Assembly: GCA_040879435.1 (NCBI GenBank)
Contig: JBBDKG010000013.1
Span: 18,271-82,270, forward strand
Source of the DNA: Minisyncoccota bacterium
Lineage (GTDB): Bacteria; Patescibacteriota; Minisyncoccia; Phycocordibacterales; UBA918
Length of the DNA: 64,000 nt
Direction: 5' to 3'
How positions within the stretch are numbered: position 1 is the first letter of the stretch; each line of letters starts with the position of its first letter. Under the pieces are notes generated by a model that was not told the origin of the DNA, ran no database searches, and was given only the letters and a program-made list of their open reading frames with translations. Shown piece by piece: positions 1-8,230 of this stretch. The translations under genes and the position numbers were made by a program.

Positions 1-226
1 TACGTTCTGGAGACCTGCTTTGCCTTTCAAGTGTCGCACTATTGCCTCCTCTGCAGTTTCCGAAACGTCGATCAGACCACCGATGAACGCTTCTGCGTTG
101 GTGTAATGCGGTGGGCGGTGTACGGCATCGATCAATACCTGCAACGTCCCGTCATGAATACCGAAAAGGACTGCGTCAACGGCCACAGCGGCGAATCGTA
201 AGCGCTCAGGAGCTTTGTTTACCATG
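1..226 (-). CDS. NUDIX-like hydrolase, partial (C-terminus runs off the window edge)
   Basis: The minus-strand ORF starts at ATG 224-226 and its N-terminus reads MVNKAPERLRFAAVAVDAVLFGIHDGTLQVL..GGLIDVSETAEEAIVRHLKGKAG, which resembles a NUDIX fold and box; the ORF is truncated by the window. Confidence 0.4.
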
Positions 227-282
227 ATAGTGTATATCATACATTATCATATAAATAACTCAAGGCTGAGAAGCGGAACGAC

Positions 283-819
283 TCAAACACGTGCAACCAG
301 TGCTGCGATGGCACTCTTGATACGTTCCTGTGTGCGCTCATCGGTAAGCGTGCCGTCCTCCGCGAACTTCTCACCTGCCGTTCCAAGATGGAACTCAGGC
401 TGGCCGAGCACCGTGGCATTCAGGTGAAGGAGACTCTGTTTGAGGTCATATTGCGCGACGGCTGCTCCGATCGAGCCGGATGATGCTCCGACGACAAGTA
501 CCGTTTTACCACTGAACGAATTCTCTCCATCCGGACGAGACGCCCAGTCAACGGCGTTCTTGAGCACTCCCGGCACACCGCGGTTATACTCCGGGGTCGC
601 GATGACGATCGCGTCAGCAACTTCGATCGCCTGTTTGAACGCCTGCACGGATTCGGGAACAGCTTCGGATTCAATATCCTCGTTATACAACGGAAGACCC
701 GCGATGGGTGCCTCCGTTATAGTGGTACCCTCCGGAACGGACGACATGAACGCGTTCATCAGCTTCCGGTTATACGACTCCTTTCGAAGGCTCCCAACGA
801 CCCCTACAATATGTGCCAT
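283..819 (-). CDS. NAD(P)H-dependent FMN reductase family oxidoreductase
   Basis: The 178 aa product begins MAHIVGVVGSLRKESYNRKL and contains IATPEYNRGVPGVLKNAVDW, typical of the FMN_red/YieF/ChrR family. Confidence 0.7.
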   Translation of the reverse strand: MAHIVGVVGSLRKESYNRKLMNAFMSSVPEGTTITEAPIAGLPLYNEDIESEAVPESVQAFKQAIEVADAIVIATPEYNRGVPGVLKNAVDWASRPDGENSFSGKTVLVVGASSGSIGAAVAQYDLKQSLLHLNATVLGQPEFHLGTAGEKFAEDGTLTDERTQERIKSAIAALVARV

Positions 820-915
820 AAAAACTCTGCGTTACCGAACAATATACCCTCAGACTACCACGACACCCCGGAACATAAGAAAAAAGCGCCGTGTGGCGCT
901 GTTTTCCCTTAGATG

Positions 916-1569
916 CTAGAGGAAGTATATCTGTGTGAGAAGTTTCTTGAATGCAGCACGGATCTCGCTCTCCTCGTCCTCATACTGACCGATGATCACG
1001 TAGTGCTTTCCACGATATTCGAGTACATAGGTCTCGCTTGTGAACGGGCCATTTGCGGTAAAGCGGATCGCTGCGACATTATCGACGCGGGCGTCTTCCG
1101 GCTCACCGATGCGGAGGCCGTATGCTGTGTATCCGCTGCGGGCTTCCGCCCATTCGCGCAGCGTGGGCTTTGGTGCTTCTTCGGTGGTCGTGCCGGTCGC
1201 CGGTTCGGTTGTTGTTGCCGCTTCCGGTTCGTCAAACACAAGAATGGTGATGGCCGGCATCTGACTACCGACCGCCGCCACGCCTTCTGCTGCGTCGTAG
1301 CGTACGCTATCGACGAGCGTGTATGCCTTCACCAGAGCAGGGTCGCCAAGCGCTGCGCCCTCCGGTGACTCAAGGAGCGTATACCCCTCCATGCCGGCGT
1401 AGTATGTGAACTCAAGATTCTGCGCCTCGCCGGTCACCTGTTGCGGCACCCCGGGGATCTCATATCGCTGTGGATCGTCGGTCCGATCCCACGCGTACCA
1501 GACCACTCCTGCTGCTACGATGAGGAGCACGATGATGCTTATAACAATTCGGTTCGTATTCTGTGTCAT
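916..1569 (-). CDS. hypothetical membrane-anchored protein (N-terminal TM, extracytoplasmic domain, Thr/Glu-rich linker)
   Basis: ATG start at 1567-1569; there is one N-terminal TM helix (IVISIIVLLIVAAGVVWYAW); I recognise no known domain. Confidence 0.45.
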   Translation of the reverse strand: MTQNTNRIVISIIVLLIVAAGVVWYAWDRTDDPQRYEIPGVPQQVTGEAQNLEFTYYAGMEGYTLLESPEGAALGDPALVKAYTLVDSVRYDAAEGVAAVGSQMPAITILVFDEPEAATTTEPATGTTTEEAPKPTLREWAEARSGYTAYGLRIGEPEDARVDNVAAIRFTANGPFTSETYVLEYRGKHYVIIGQYEDEESEIRAAFKKLLTQIYFL

Positions 1570-1722
1570 ATGTTACTTTCAGACTATATAAATGGTCGTT
1601 CCTGACGCTGCAACAACTATAGTGTGCACGCGATGAAGAGCTCATGAACGGATGGAACTCTGCAGGGCACTGTGCAGAGTTCCATTGTACGGCATATTGT
1701 GGGGAATGCCGAACATGTATGG

Positions 1723-2799
1723 TCATTCTCCGATATTGAGCCCACTATTGGTCGTTGCGTCAAGGTCGATGTGCGTTGCAGGCGGATTCGCAAGGTCAAC
1801 ATCAATGATCAAACCGGTCTCCTGGTCGATCGTGATGGTTCCAAGAAGGCTGAGTGCCGCTTCAACCTCACCCGCCAGCTCCTCTGCAGCCACGATACTC
1901 GCCTCTGCAGCTGCTTCTGCATTGCGAGCAAGTTCAGCGCGTGCATCGGTAATGTGCTCAGCTGCAGTGTCGAGTGTTGTTCGCATATCGTTTCTCGTCT
2001 CTGCTTCAAGTTCAGCTTCAGCGTTGATCACTCCGCGAAGTGAGGCGACACGGGCTATAACAGCCTCAAATCGTGCATCGAGATCGATCTCGCCGGCGAG
2101 CTGTGTGCTCATGAGCGCCATCGAGGACTCTTCGGCCGCATCGTTCGATGCTGACGCAAGCCGCGTGGTGACGTCTGCAGCGAGTGTATTGCCGTTTGAC
2201 GCAAACGCTGCCAGGTCGGCTGCAACCGACGCAAGGACAGTCGTTTCGATCTCAGCTGCCACATCAGCGTCAGCGCGCAAGGATGCCTCCTGCGCGACTT
2301 CCGCCTGCGCAAGGATACGTGCATGAGCCTCTGTTGCCGCTTCACCTTCAAATTCGCCGCGGGACGCAAGTTCATTCGCTTCCTCGACCCGTTCTGCCAA
2401 TAGTCCAGCCTGGAGGCGTGCTTCGGCATTGGCGCCGATCGCTGCCGCACTCCGTACATTCTCATTCACATGGATCTTCACCGGATAGAGCATGTCCCCC
2501 GGTACCGCACCCGCAGCAAGCGCAGCTGTTCCGCCGCCTGCAACCATAAGTGCGATCAGTAATGATGCGTGTATATACATAGTCTTTGTTCGGATACGTA
2601 GAAGTAATGTCGACCATACAGGCTGTTGCTGTATGTGCTCCGTAGAACGCACTACCTCCCCCTCTCTTACACCTTCAGTCACTTTATGAAAATCCGCATA
2701 CGAAGAAAGCGACTCGCGCATGCGTAGCTTGGCCTCACGCGGAAGTTCTATCTCCGCAACCTGCTTCAGATATTCGGTTGTATCGCGTTTATTCGTCAT
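1723..2799 (-). CDS. anti-sigma-factor-like membrane protein (DUF5667-like), co-operonic with the ECF sigma factor
   Basis: Its start overlaps the sigma-factor stop as ATGA (2796-2799); the product has a single TM followed by PGDMLYPVK and a long Ala/Glu-rich coiled region, which is the typical partner architecture of an ECF sigma. Confidence 0.55.
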   Translation of the reverse strand: MTNKRDTTEYLKQVAEIELPREAKLRMRESLSSYADFHKVTEGVREGEVVRSTEHIQQQPVWSTLLLRIRTKTMYIHASLLIALMVAGGGTAALAAGAVPGDMLYPVKIHVNENVRSAAAIGANAEARLQAGLLAERVEEANELASRGEFEGEAATEAHARILAQAEVAQEASLRADADVAAEIETTVLASVAADLAAFASNGNTLAADVTTRLASASNDAAEESSMALMSTQLAGEIDLDARFEAVIARVASLRGVINAEAELEAETRNDMRTTLDTAAEHITDARAELARNAEAAAEASIVAAEELAGEVEAALSLLGTITIDQETGLIIDVDLANPPATHIDLDATTNSGLNIGE

Positions 2800-3296
2800 A
2801 CGTGTAGTTGTTGTTGCAACCGCTTCACCGCTCGGTTGATACGTACCGATACAGTATTCGCTGACTCACCGATGATCTCGGCAATATCACGGGGTTCAAG
2901 GCCGTCAACGAATCGCATCACCAACACCTCGGCGTCCCCTTCACTGAGCTCTTGCATGTTCCGGACGATCTCTGCATAGGCTGCCTCTGCCTCCGACGAG
3001 AGCGACTGCCGGTCGGCGACCTGGAATCCGCCCTCCATCTTTGTGTCGAGGGAGTCACTCTTCTTCTTGCGATACCAGTCGATCACAAGGTTGTTCGCGA
3101 TAGTATAGAGGTACGACCGAGAATTGGTCATCTCCTTGCCGTTTCGAAGTGCCTGCCAGAATCGCATGAACGTGTCTTGTGTGAGATCCTCCGCCAGTTC
3201 AGCGCTGCTGGTCTTCACGACGCAAAATCGAAAGATCGCATCGCTGTATTCGTCGAATGCGTCGAGAAATGACTGTTTGAGAGAATCCTGATCCAT
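2796..3296 (-). CDS. RNA polymerase sigma-70 family ECF sigma factor
   Basis: Region 2 reads DLTQDTFMRFW..YLYTIANNLVIDWYRKK and region 4 reads VLVMRFVDGLEPRDIAEIIGESANTVSVRINRAVKRL; the likely true start is ATG at 3294-3296 (MDQDSLKQ), because the ORF track extends it upstream with an alternative start. Confidence 0.85.
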   Translation of the reverse strand: MDQDSLKQSFLDAFDEYSDAIFRFCVVKTSSAELAEDLTQDTFMRFWQALRNGKEMTNSRSYLYTIANNLVIDWYRKKKSDSLDTKMEGGFQVADRQSLSSEAEAAYAEIVRNMQELSEGDAEVLVMRFVDGLEPRDIAEIIGESANTVSVRINRAVKRLQQQLHV

Positions 3297-3427
3297 AAAA
3301 CGTTTCAGCCGGTGGTTTGTGACACACCACAAGCGTATCATAATGAGCAGCGGTGGTGTATCCATCCACACCCCCAGAGCCTCACCCGCTTGCGATACCA
3401 CTTCGATTGCTATACCCTCACGTGGAC

Positions 3428-3826
3428 ATGCCAGCAACAAAACCATTCAGTGTCCGCCGTACATCCGCCGGCCTCGGACTCGTCGCGAACAACGAATACA
3501 AAAAGGGTGACTTCATCATAGAATACACCGGCGAGATCATCACTGACGCAGAGGCCGACGAGCGTGCGAACCGGTATCTCTTTGAGATCAATGGCAGATG
3601 GACGATCGACGGCTCCGGTCGAACGAACCTCGCCAGATACATCAACCACTCGTGCCGTCCGAACGCCGAAGCGGAGGTGGACGAGCGTGCCAAGAAGGTA
3701 CGCATCTATGCGAAGAAACGTATCGAGGCAGGTGACGAACTCACCTACGACTACGGGAAGGTTCATTTCGACGAATATATACGACCGAATGGGTGCAAGT
3801 GTGAAAAGTGCATGGAGAAACAATGA
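3428..3826 (+). CDS. SET-domain protein lysine methyltransferase
   Basis: The SET signature NHSCRPN and the ELTYDY motif are present, followed by a Cys-rich post-SET motif (CKCEKC); the start is taken as ATG 3428 (MPATKPF). Confidence 0.8.
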   Translation: MPATKPFSVRRTSAGLGLVANNEYKKGDFIIEYTGEIITDAEADERANRYLFEINGRWTIDGSGRTNLARYINHSCRPNAEAEVDERAKKVRIYAKKRIEAGDELTYDYGKVHFDEYIRPNGCKCEKCMEKQ

Positions 3827-3943
3827 CGGCAAAACACCATTGTTTAAGGCACATTATATGATATAGTGCACACATACGAGCGGAATAAGGGACGCCCCGC
3901 AATCACGCCTCCTTTCGAACCGTTACCCGTTAAGCCCATACAT

Positions 3944-4618
3944 TTGAGAAAACCACATTCATCATTCAACGCAAAGTCACGAACGCGCATCAACAACGCA
4001 ATCCGCGCGCGTGAGCTTCGTGTGGTCGGCGCCAACGGCGAGAATCTTGGCGTACTGCTCCTCAACGACGCTCTGAAAGCAGCCGAAGAGGCTGGATGCG
4101 ACCTCATTGAGATCTCCCCGAACGCCAAACCACCGGTAGCCAAGATCATGGACTTCGGTCAGTACCGCTATCAGGAGAAGCGGAAAGCAAGCGAGGTGAA
4201 GGCAAAGTCGCACGTGACGGAAACAAAGAGCGTGCAAGTGAAGATCGGTACTGGCGAACATGACCAAATGCTCAAGGCCCGCCGTGCTGCCGAATGGCTT
4301 TCCGAAGGTCACCGCGTGAAAGTGGACCTCTTTCTCTGGGGCCGGTACAAGTATATGGAGCCAGCCTTCTTGAAGGAGCGACTGGAGCGCTTCCTGAAGC
4401 TTATCCCGATCGAATACAAGCTGGCGGATGAGATCAAGAAGAGCCCGAAGGGATACACAACGACGCTCGAGCGGGAGGGCAAGGCAAAATTCCAGCCAGC
4501 CAAAGAGAGTGCGAAACCTGCCCAAATCCTTGAAAAGGAGCCGAGAGAGTCGGAACAACCACCGGCAAAGTCGAAAAAGAAGTCCCTCGATGAGCTCATT
4601 GAAGGCGGTCTGCTATAG
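3944..4618 (+). CDS. infC: translation initiation factor IF-3 (non-ATG start; exact start uncertain, 3866-3950)
   Basis: The ORF contains INNAIRARELRVVGANGENLGVL..LIEISPNAKPPVAKIMDFGQYRYQ and a C-terminal domain (HVTETKSVQVKIGTGEHD), and carries a Lys-rich C-terminal tail; infC classically uses an unusual start codon and there is a TTG at 3944. Confidence 0.8.
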   Translation: MRKPHSSFNAKSRTRINNAIRARELRVVGANGENLGVLLLNDALKAAEEAGCDLIEISPNAKPPVAKIMDFGQYRYQEKRKASEVKAKSHVTETKSVQVKIGTGEHDQMLKARRAAEWLSEGHRVKVDLFLWGRYKYMEPAFLKERLERFLKLIPIEYKLADEIKKSPKGYTTTLEREGKAKFQPAKESAKPAQILEKEPRESEQPPAKSKKKSLDELIEGGLL

Positions 4619-4681
4619 CTGGACTTTAGAGGGTAACTACGGTATAGTGCACCGACTTTTGCGTTCCCGAACACGAAATGT

Positions 4682-4873
4682 ATGAAAACGAATAAATCAT
4701 TTACAAAAAGAATCAAGGTGACCAAGAACGGCAAGCTCGTTGCACGAAAGCCTGGCCAGAACCACTTCAACGCACGTCAGACCGGTCAGCAGCGCCTGAA
4801 CCGCCGCCGCACTCAGGTTCTCACGATGTCGAAGCGGATCACGCGACGATTTCTTCCTAAATCTGGTGCCTAG
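4682..4873 (+). CDS. rpmI: 50S ribosomal protein L35
   Basis: The 63 aa basic product reads MKTNKSFTKRIKVTKNGKLVARKPGQNHFNARQ and lies between infC and rplT. Confidence 0.9.
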   Translation: MKTNKSFTKRIKVTKNGKLVARKPGQNHFNARQTGQQRLNRRRTQVLTMSKRITRRFLPKSGA

Positions 4874-4908
4874 CAGCACTACCTCACTAACCGACTATCT
4901 ACTAATAT

Positions 4909-5253
4909 ATGGCACGAGTTAAAGGTGGCGTCACCGCGAACAAACGACGCAAAAAGATCCTCGAACAGGTAAAAGGGTACCGGTTCGGCCGATCGACCAA
5001 GAAACGTTCAGCACGCGACGCGATTTACCATGCACAGCTGCACGCCTTCGATCATCGAAAGGACAAGAAGGGCGATTTCCGCAGCCTCTGGATCACCCGC
5101 ATCAATGCGGTTCTGAAGAACCAGGGCATGCAATACAGCCGGTTCATCAAGCTTCTGAAGGACAAAGGCATTGCACTTGACCGGAAGGTGCTCGCCACGA
5201 TGGCGAAGGACCGCCCTGAGGCCTTCCAACGAGTTGTTGAGAAGGTGAAGTAA
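4909..5253 (+). CDS. rplT: 50S ribosomal protein L20
   Basis: The product reads MARVKGGVTANKRRKKILEQVKGYRFGRSTKKRSA. Confidence 0.95.
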   Translation: MARVKGGVTANKRRKKILEQVKGYRFGRSTKKRSARDAIYHAQLHAFDHRKDKKGDFRSLWITRINAVLKNQGMQYSRFIKLLKDKGIALDRKVLATMAKDRPEAFQRVVEKVK

Positions 5254-5286
5254 CAAAAACCCCGCACGATGTGCGGGGTTTTTGTT
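5254..5286. terminator. bidirectional intrinsic terminator after rplT
   Basis: The sequence aaaaaccccgcacgatgtgcggggtttttg forms a GC hairpin flanked by A and T runs. Confidence 0.8.
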
Positions 5287-5530
5287 ACATCTGATCTTGA
5301 GGGTCTTGTGTCTGAGAAGGCAGCTTATTTTTCGCGGTAATACTTGTAATGAACTTACGTGTTCCTACGACGAATAAAAGAAGAGAAAGTCCTCCGAGAA
5401 CCCAATTCCATGGAGGTAATGCTCCCGATACTTGCGCGACTACCTGTAGCACAGCAGCACCTAACATGTATAAGAATGGCACTTTGAGATCTTGAAATGT
5501 GATTTTCATAATCCCTATAGTAGCTTCCAT
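5285..5530 (-). CDS. small two-TM membrane protein in an AT-rich islet
   Basis: The product MEATIGIMKITFQDLKVPFLYMLGAAVLQVV...WNWVLGGLSLLLFVVG sits in a local GC drop (about 42% against about 55%) and is bracketed by two terminators. Confidence 0.35.
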   Translation of the reverse strand: MEATIGIMKITFQDLKVPFLYMLGAAVLQVVAQVSGALPPWNWVLGGLSLLLFVVGTRKFITSITAKNKLPSQTQDPQDQM

Positions 5531-5624
5531 GTTTAATTCTACAATTGTTTTCTCCACATGAAGACACTGCTGAAAAACGGCTGGACACAGGGCAGGTATC
5601 GTCCCGAGGCGTTCCCTCATATAT

Positions 5625-5660
5625 AGAAAGACCCGCGCCATCTGGCGCGGGTGTTTTTGT
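5625..5660. terminator. bidirectional intrinsic terminator (downstream of NUDIX 5682-6161)
   Basis: The stem cccgcgccatctggcgcggg is followed by tgttttt, and the reverse strand also carries a T-rich tail. Confidence 0.75.
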
Positions 5661-5681
5661 ATGCCCTCTCAGCGCAGCACT

Positions 5682-6161
5682 TTAGTCGCGCACAAGCCGA
5701 AGTGCGGTAGAAGCATATCGATGAACTTCCGGCCGCATACGCGAGTCGTCCTTTAGGAGGTCGTCAAGTTCCGTCTGCGTGAGCCAGCGACATTCTGCTC
5801 CTTTGTCCGCTTCTGTTTGCGGGTTAATCTCCCGCGAATCTGCTTTTGCAGCAAAAATGATTGATGAATGCTCATGTGTGTCCGTAACAAAATGCCGGTT
5901 CACGAACAGTGGCGGTATGAGGTCTCTGTTTGTCTCCGTATCTTTCTGCTCCCAATCAGCCGGGCCGACTAAGGATACCTTGAGTCCGACCTCCTCCCAT
6001 ACCTCACGAAGAGCTGCTTCGTTCACATCCTCACCTGGATCAATATGACCGCCAGGAGCATTCCAGATATCGTACTTCTCATGGAGTCGCAATAATACCG
6101 CATCACCGTTAACGACATATGTATCGACGCATAGATCAAGATAATAGTTTGAGTGTGCCAT
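5682..6161 (-). CDS. NUDIX hydrolase
   Basis: A NUDIX box is present: GGHIDPGEDVNEAALREVWEEVGL. Confidence 0.85.
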   Translation of the reverse strand: MAHSNYYLDLCVDTYVVNGDAVLLRLHEKYDIWNAPGGHIDPGEDVNEAALREVWEEVGLKVSLVGPADWEQKDTETNRDLIPPLFVNRHFVTDTHEHSSIIFAAKADSREINPQTEADKGAECRWLTQTELDDLLKDDSRMRPEVHRYASTALRLVRD

Positions 6162-6202
6162 GCCTGTACTATACCAAAGTCGTCTTCCTGTATGCCGCCA
6201 TG

Positions 6203-7561
6203 TTAAAACTCAATCTCAACCTGCTCACCAAGCGCCGGTGCAACAGCTGTAACCCCTAAATAATCACGCAGTCGCTGCACCAAAAAGAGTGACGCTTTCT
6301 CCTCGCCCATCGTCACGAACACCCGCTCCGCCTGCTCTCCACCTTTCGCCACGAAATCAACAAGCTGATCACGGTCAGCGTGCCCCGAGAACCCCCGGAT
6401 CTGTACGACCTGCGCCCGCACGCGGATATCCCGCCCGTCGATGGTCACCTTCTTGGCGCCGTCTACCAAACGTCGCCCCAACGACCCCACCGACTGATAC
6501 CCCACCTGCAGCAGTATGTTCGATGGATCTTCCAGGTAGTGTTGCTCATGCCTGCGGATGCGCCCCCCGTGACTCATCCCCGAGCCGGCAATGATGATCT
6601 TCGCCCCTTTCACTTCTCGTATCTTGTTCGATTCACTCGCAGAACGGGTGAATTTCAATTTCGGGAATTCAAAGATATCATCTCCCCCTTTAATCTGCTC
6701 ACGCACATCCTCTCGCAGATGATCTGCATACTGTTTGTATATACCAGTGACCTCGATGGCGAGCGGCGAGTCGAGGAACGTCGGGATCGGCTCGATTTCG
6801 CCGGACTCCATAAGGTTATTGATCTCAAGTAGCATTCCCTGTGTGCGTTCAAGCGAGAACGCCGGAATGATGAGCGTCCCGTTCTTGCGGACCGCTTCTT
6901 TGATATAGTGCGCGAGCAGGTGACTCCGCTCATCGACCTCTTCGTGCACGCGGTCACCATAGACACTTTCCATAACCAGATAGTGGTAGCCGGAAGGTGC
7001 TTCAGGCGGTGGCATCAAGGGCTGTGGGATGTTCCCGATATCGCCAGAAAAGACAATACTTCGGCCATCTCGTGTGAGCGTCACGATTGCAGAACCAAGG
7101 ATGTGACCGGCGTTTGAGAATGTGGCGGTGACGTTGTCCGGAAGCATGGTAGCTTCTCCATACTCCGCTGTTTTCCACATAGCAAGTGCCGCATCGATAT
7201 CCGCTTCCTCGTAGAGTGGTTTCGTCCCGTACCGTTCCGCCTCCATGCGCATGATGCCGTACGCGTCGCGAAGCATAACCGCAGCGAGCGCCTTGGTCGG
7301 GGCGGTCGAGTATATCGTTCCGGCGAATCCGTCGTGGACCAGCTTCGGGATGCGACCAATATGATCGGCGTGTGCGTGCGTCACTACGAGCGTCGCGACC
7401 TCTGCCGGATCGTACGGAAACGGTTCTGCGTTCGCCGCCTCGGCAAAACGGTCCCCCTGAATGAGGCCACAATCAACGAGCAGGTGTGCTGTGCCTGTGT
7501 CGAGATGGAAGTTGGCACCGGTCACTGCACCGGCGCCACCGTAGAAGCTAAGTGTTGTCAT
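6203..7561 (-). CDS. MBL-fold beta-CASP family RNA-processing nuclease (RNase J/CPSF-like)
   Basis: The VVTHAHADHIG (HxHxDH) motif is followed by a beta-CASP-like region and a C-terminal RNA-specificity-like domain; the start is taken as ATG 7561 (MTTLSFYGG). Confidence 0.7.
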   Translation of the reverse strand: MTTLSFYGGAGAVTGANFHLDTGTAHLLVDCGLIQGDRFAEAANAEPFPYDPAEVATLVVTHAHADHIGRIPKLVHDGFAGTIYSTAPTKALAAVMLRDAYGIMRMEAERYGTKPLYEEADIDAALAMWKTAEYGEATMLPDNVTATFSNAGHILGSAIVTLTRDGRSIVFSGDIGNIPQPLMPPPEAPSGYHYLVMESVYGDRVHEEVDERSHLLAHYIKEAVRKNGTLIIPAFSLERTQGMLLEINNLMESGEIEPIPTFLDSPLAIEVTGIYKQYADHLREDVREQIKGGDDIFEFPKLKFTRSASESNKIREVKGAKIIIAGSGMSHGGRIRRHEQHYLEDPSNILLQVGYQSVGSLGRRLVDGAKKVTIDGRDIRVRAQVVQIRGFSGHADRDQLVDFVAKGGEQAERVFVTMGEEKASLFLVQRLRDYLGVTAVAPALGEQVEIEF

Positions 7562-7964
7562 GGTCCAGTTTTTCAAGGTTACGAGCGACATAGAGGCCGA
7601 GGAAACCGCCGGCCACTCCCAAGATCAGGTCGGTCACGGTATCGAACACGAATCCTGACTTACCCACAACAGAATGTCCGTATAGGTATTCGAGCCATTC
7701 CCACACCACCGCAATGCAAAACAGGAAACCGAGTGCACGAGGAGTTGTCGTAAGGGAGCCAAAGACCGGTAGATGCAGATCACGTGCCGCAAAAATGCCG
7801 AGTGCGATGATAACACCGCCCAAAAAATGCATCGGGATATCAACGTTCGGATATCGCCAGTAGAGATACGTGTGAAGCAGTGCGAACTGCGCAAGTGCAA
7901 ATATTCCGAGCGCGATCACAAAGACGACCACGTTTGATTTCAGCATATCCGTCCATATTATCAC
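7548..7964 (-). CDS. polytopic membrane protein (possibly VanZ-like); start uncertain (GTG 7964 or ATG 7946)
   Basis: The product has 3-4 TM helices and contains DIPMHFLGG and AVVWEWLEY. Confidence 0.4.
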   Translation of the reverse strand: MIIWTDMLKSNVVVFVIALGIFALAQFALLHTYLYWRYPNVDIPMHFLGGVIIALGIFAARDLHLPVFGSLTTTPRALGFLFCIAVVWEWLEYLYGHSVVGKSGFVFDTVTDLILGVAGGFLGLYVARNLEKLDHDNT

Positions 7965-7965
7965 G

Positions 7966-7996
7966 AAAAAATGCCGGATTGATCCGGCACTTTTTC
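7966..7996. terminator. bidirectional hairpin/T-tract element
   Basis: The sequence is aaaaaatgccggattgatccggcactttttc. Confidence 0.6.
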
Positions 7997-8192
7997 AGGA
8001 ACCACACGCGTATGCTCCTCCTGAGTCCAGGTGGGCGCTTTTTTGTATCCGACTATTCGAAATCCAGCGAAGCTGGTTCTCGGCACAGATAGCAACTGCA
8101 AGCATCCCTGAGCAAAAAGTTTAAGCGGAACATACGTCTGTATGGTTCCACTTGTATTTTATCATGGACCGCAGTGAACATCAGATGAAAAC

Positions 8193-8229
8193 AAACCGCC
8201 GATCGTATACGATCGGCGGTTTGTTTTTG
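8193..8229. terminator. intrinsic terminator downstream of ndk
   Basis: The sequence is aaaccgccgatcgtatacgatcggcggtttgtttttg. Confidence 0.8.
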
Positions 8230-8230
8230 T

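Noticed and set aside
1654-1683. GGAAC palindrome as an ECF sigma -35 element driving gene 916-1569
   Set aside because: No TCTGA/CGTC-type -10 lies at the required 16-17 nt spacing. The nearest GGAAC...TCTGA pair (about 1572-1601, minus strand) has only 12-14 nt of spacer. It is kept only as a generic palindrome finding.
1652-2326. Long plus-strand ORF (224 aa) antisense to the anti-sigma gene; similar antisense ORFs occur at 12913-13575, 15572-16423, 43325-44140, 49971-51095, 54224-54787 and 28855-29478
   Set aside because: These are shadow ORFs on the opposite strand of well-supported genes in GC-rich DNA. Their products are low-complexity Ser/Ala/Arg-rich and match no known family.
8000-8195. 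Possible structured RNA or tRNA in the 200-bp gap between the membrane gene and ndk (ggaacca...tggttcc inverted repeat; ORF 8053-8250 Arg-rich)
   Set aside because: I could recognise no tRNA cloverleaf, T-loop consensus, or SRP, tmRNA or RNase P signature. The Arg-rich ORF overlaps the ndk terminator and has no Shine-Dalgarno sequence.
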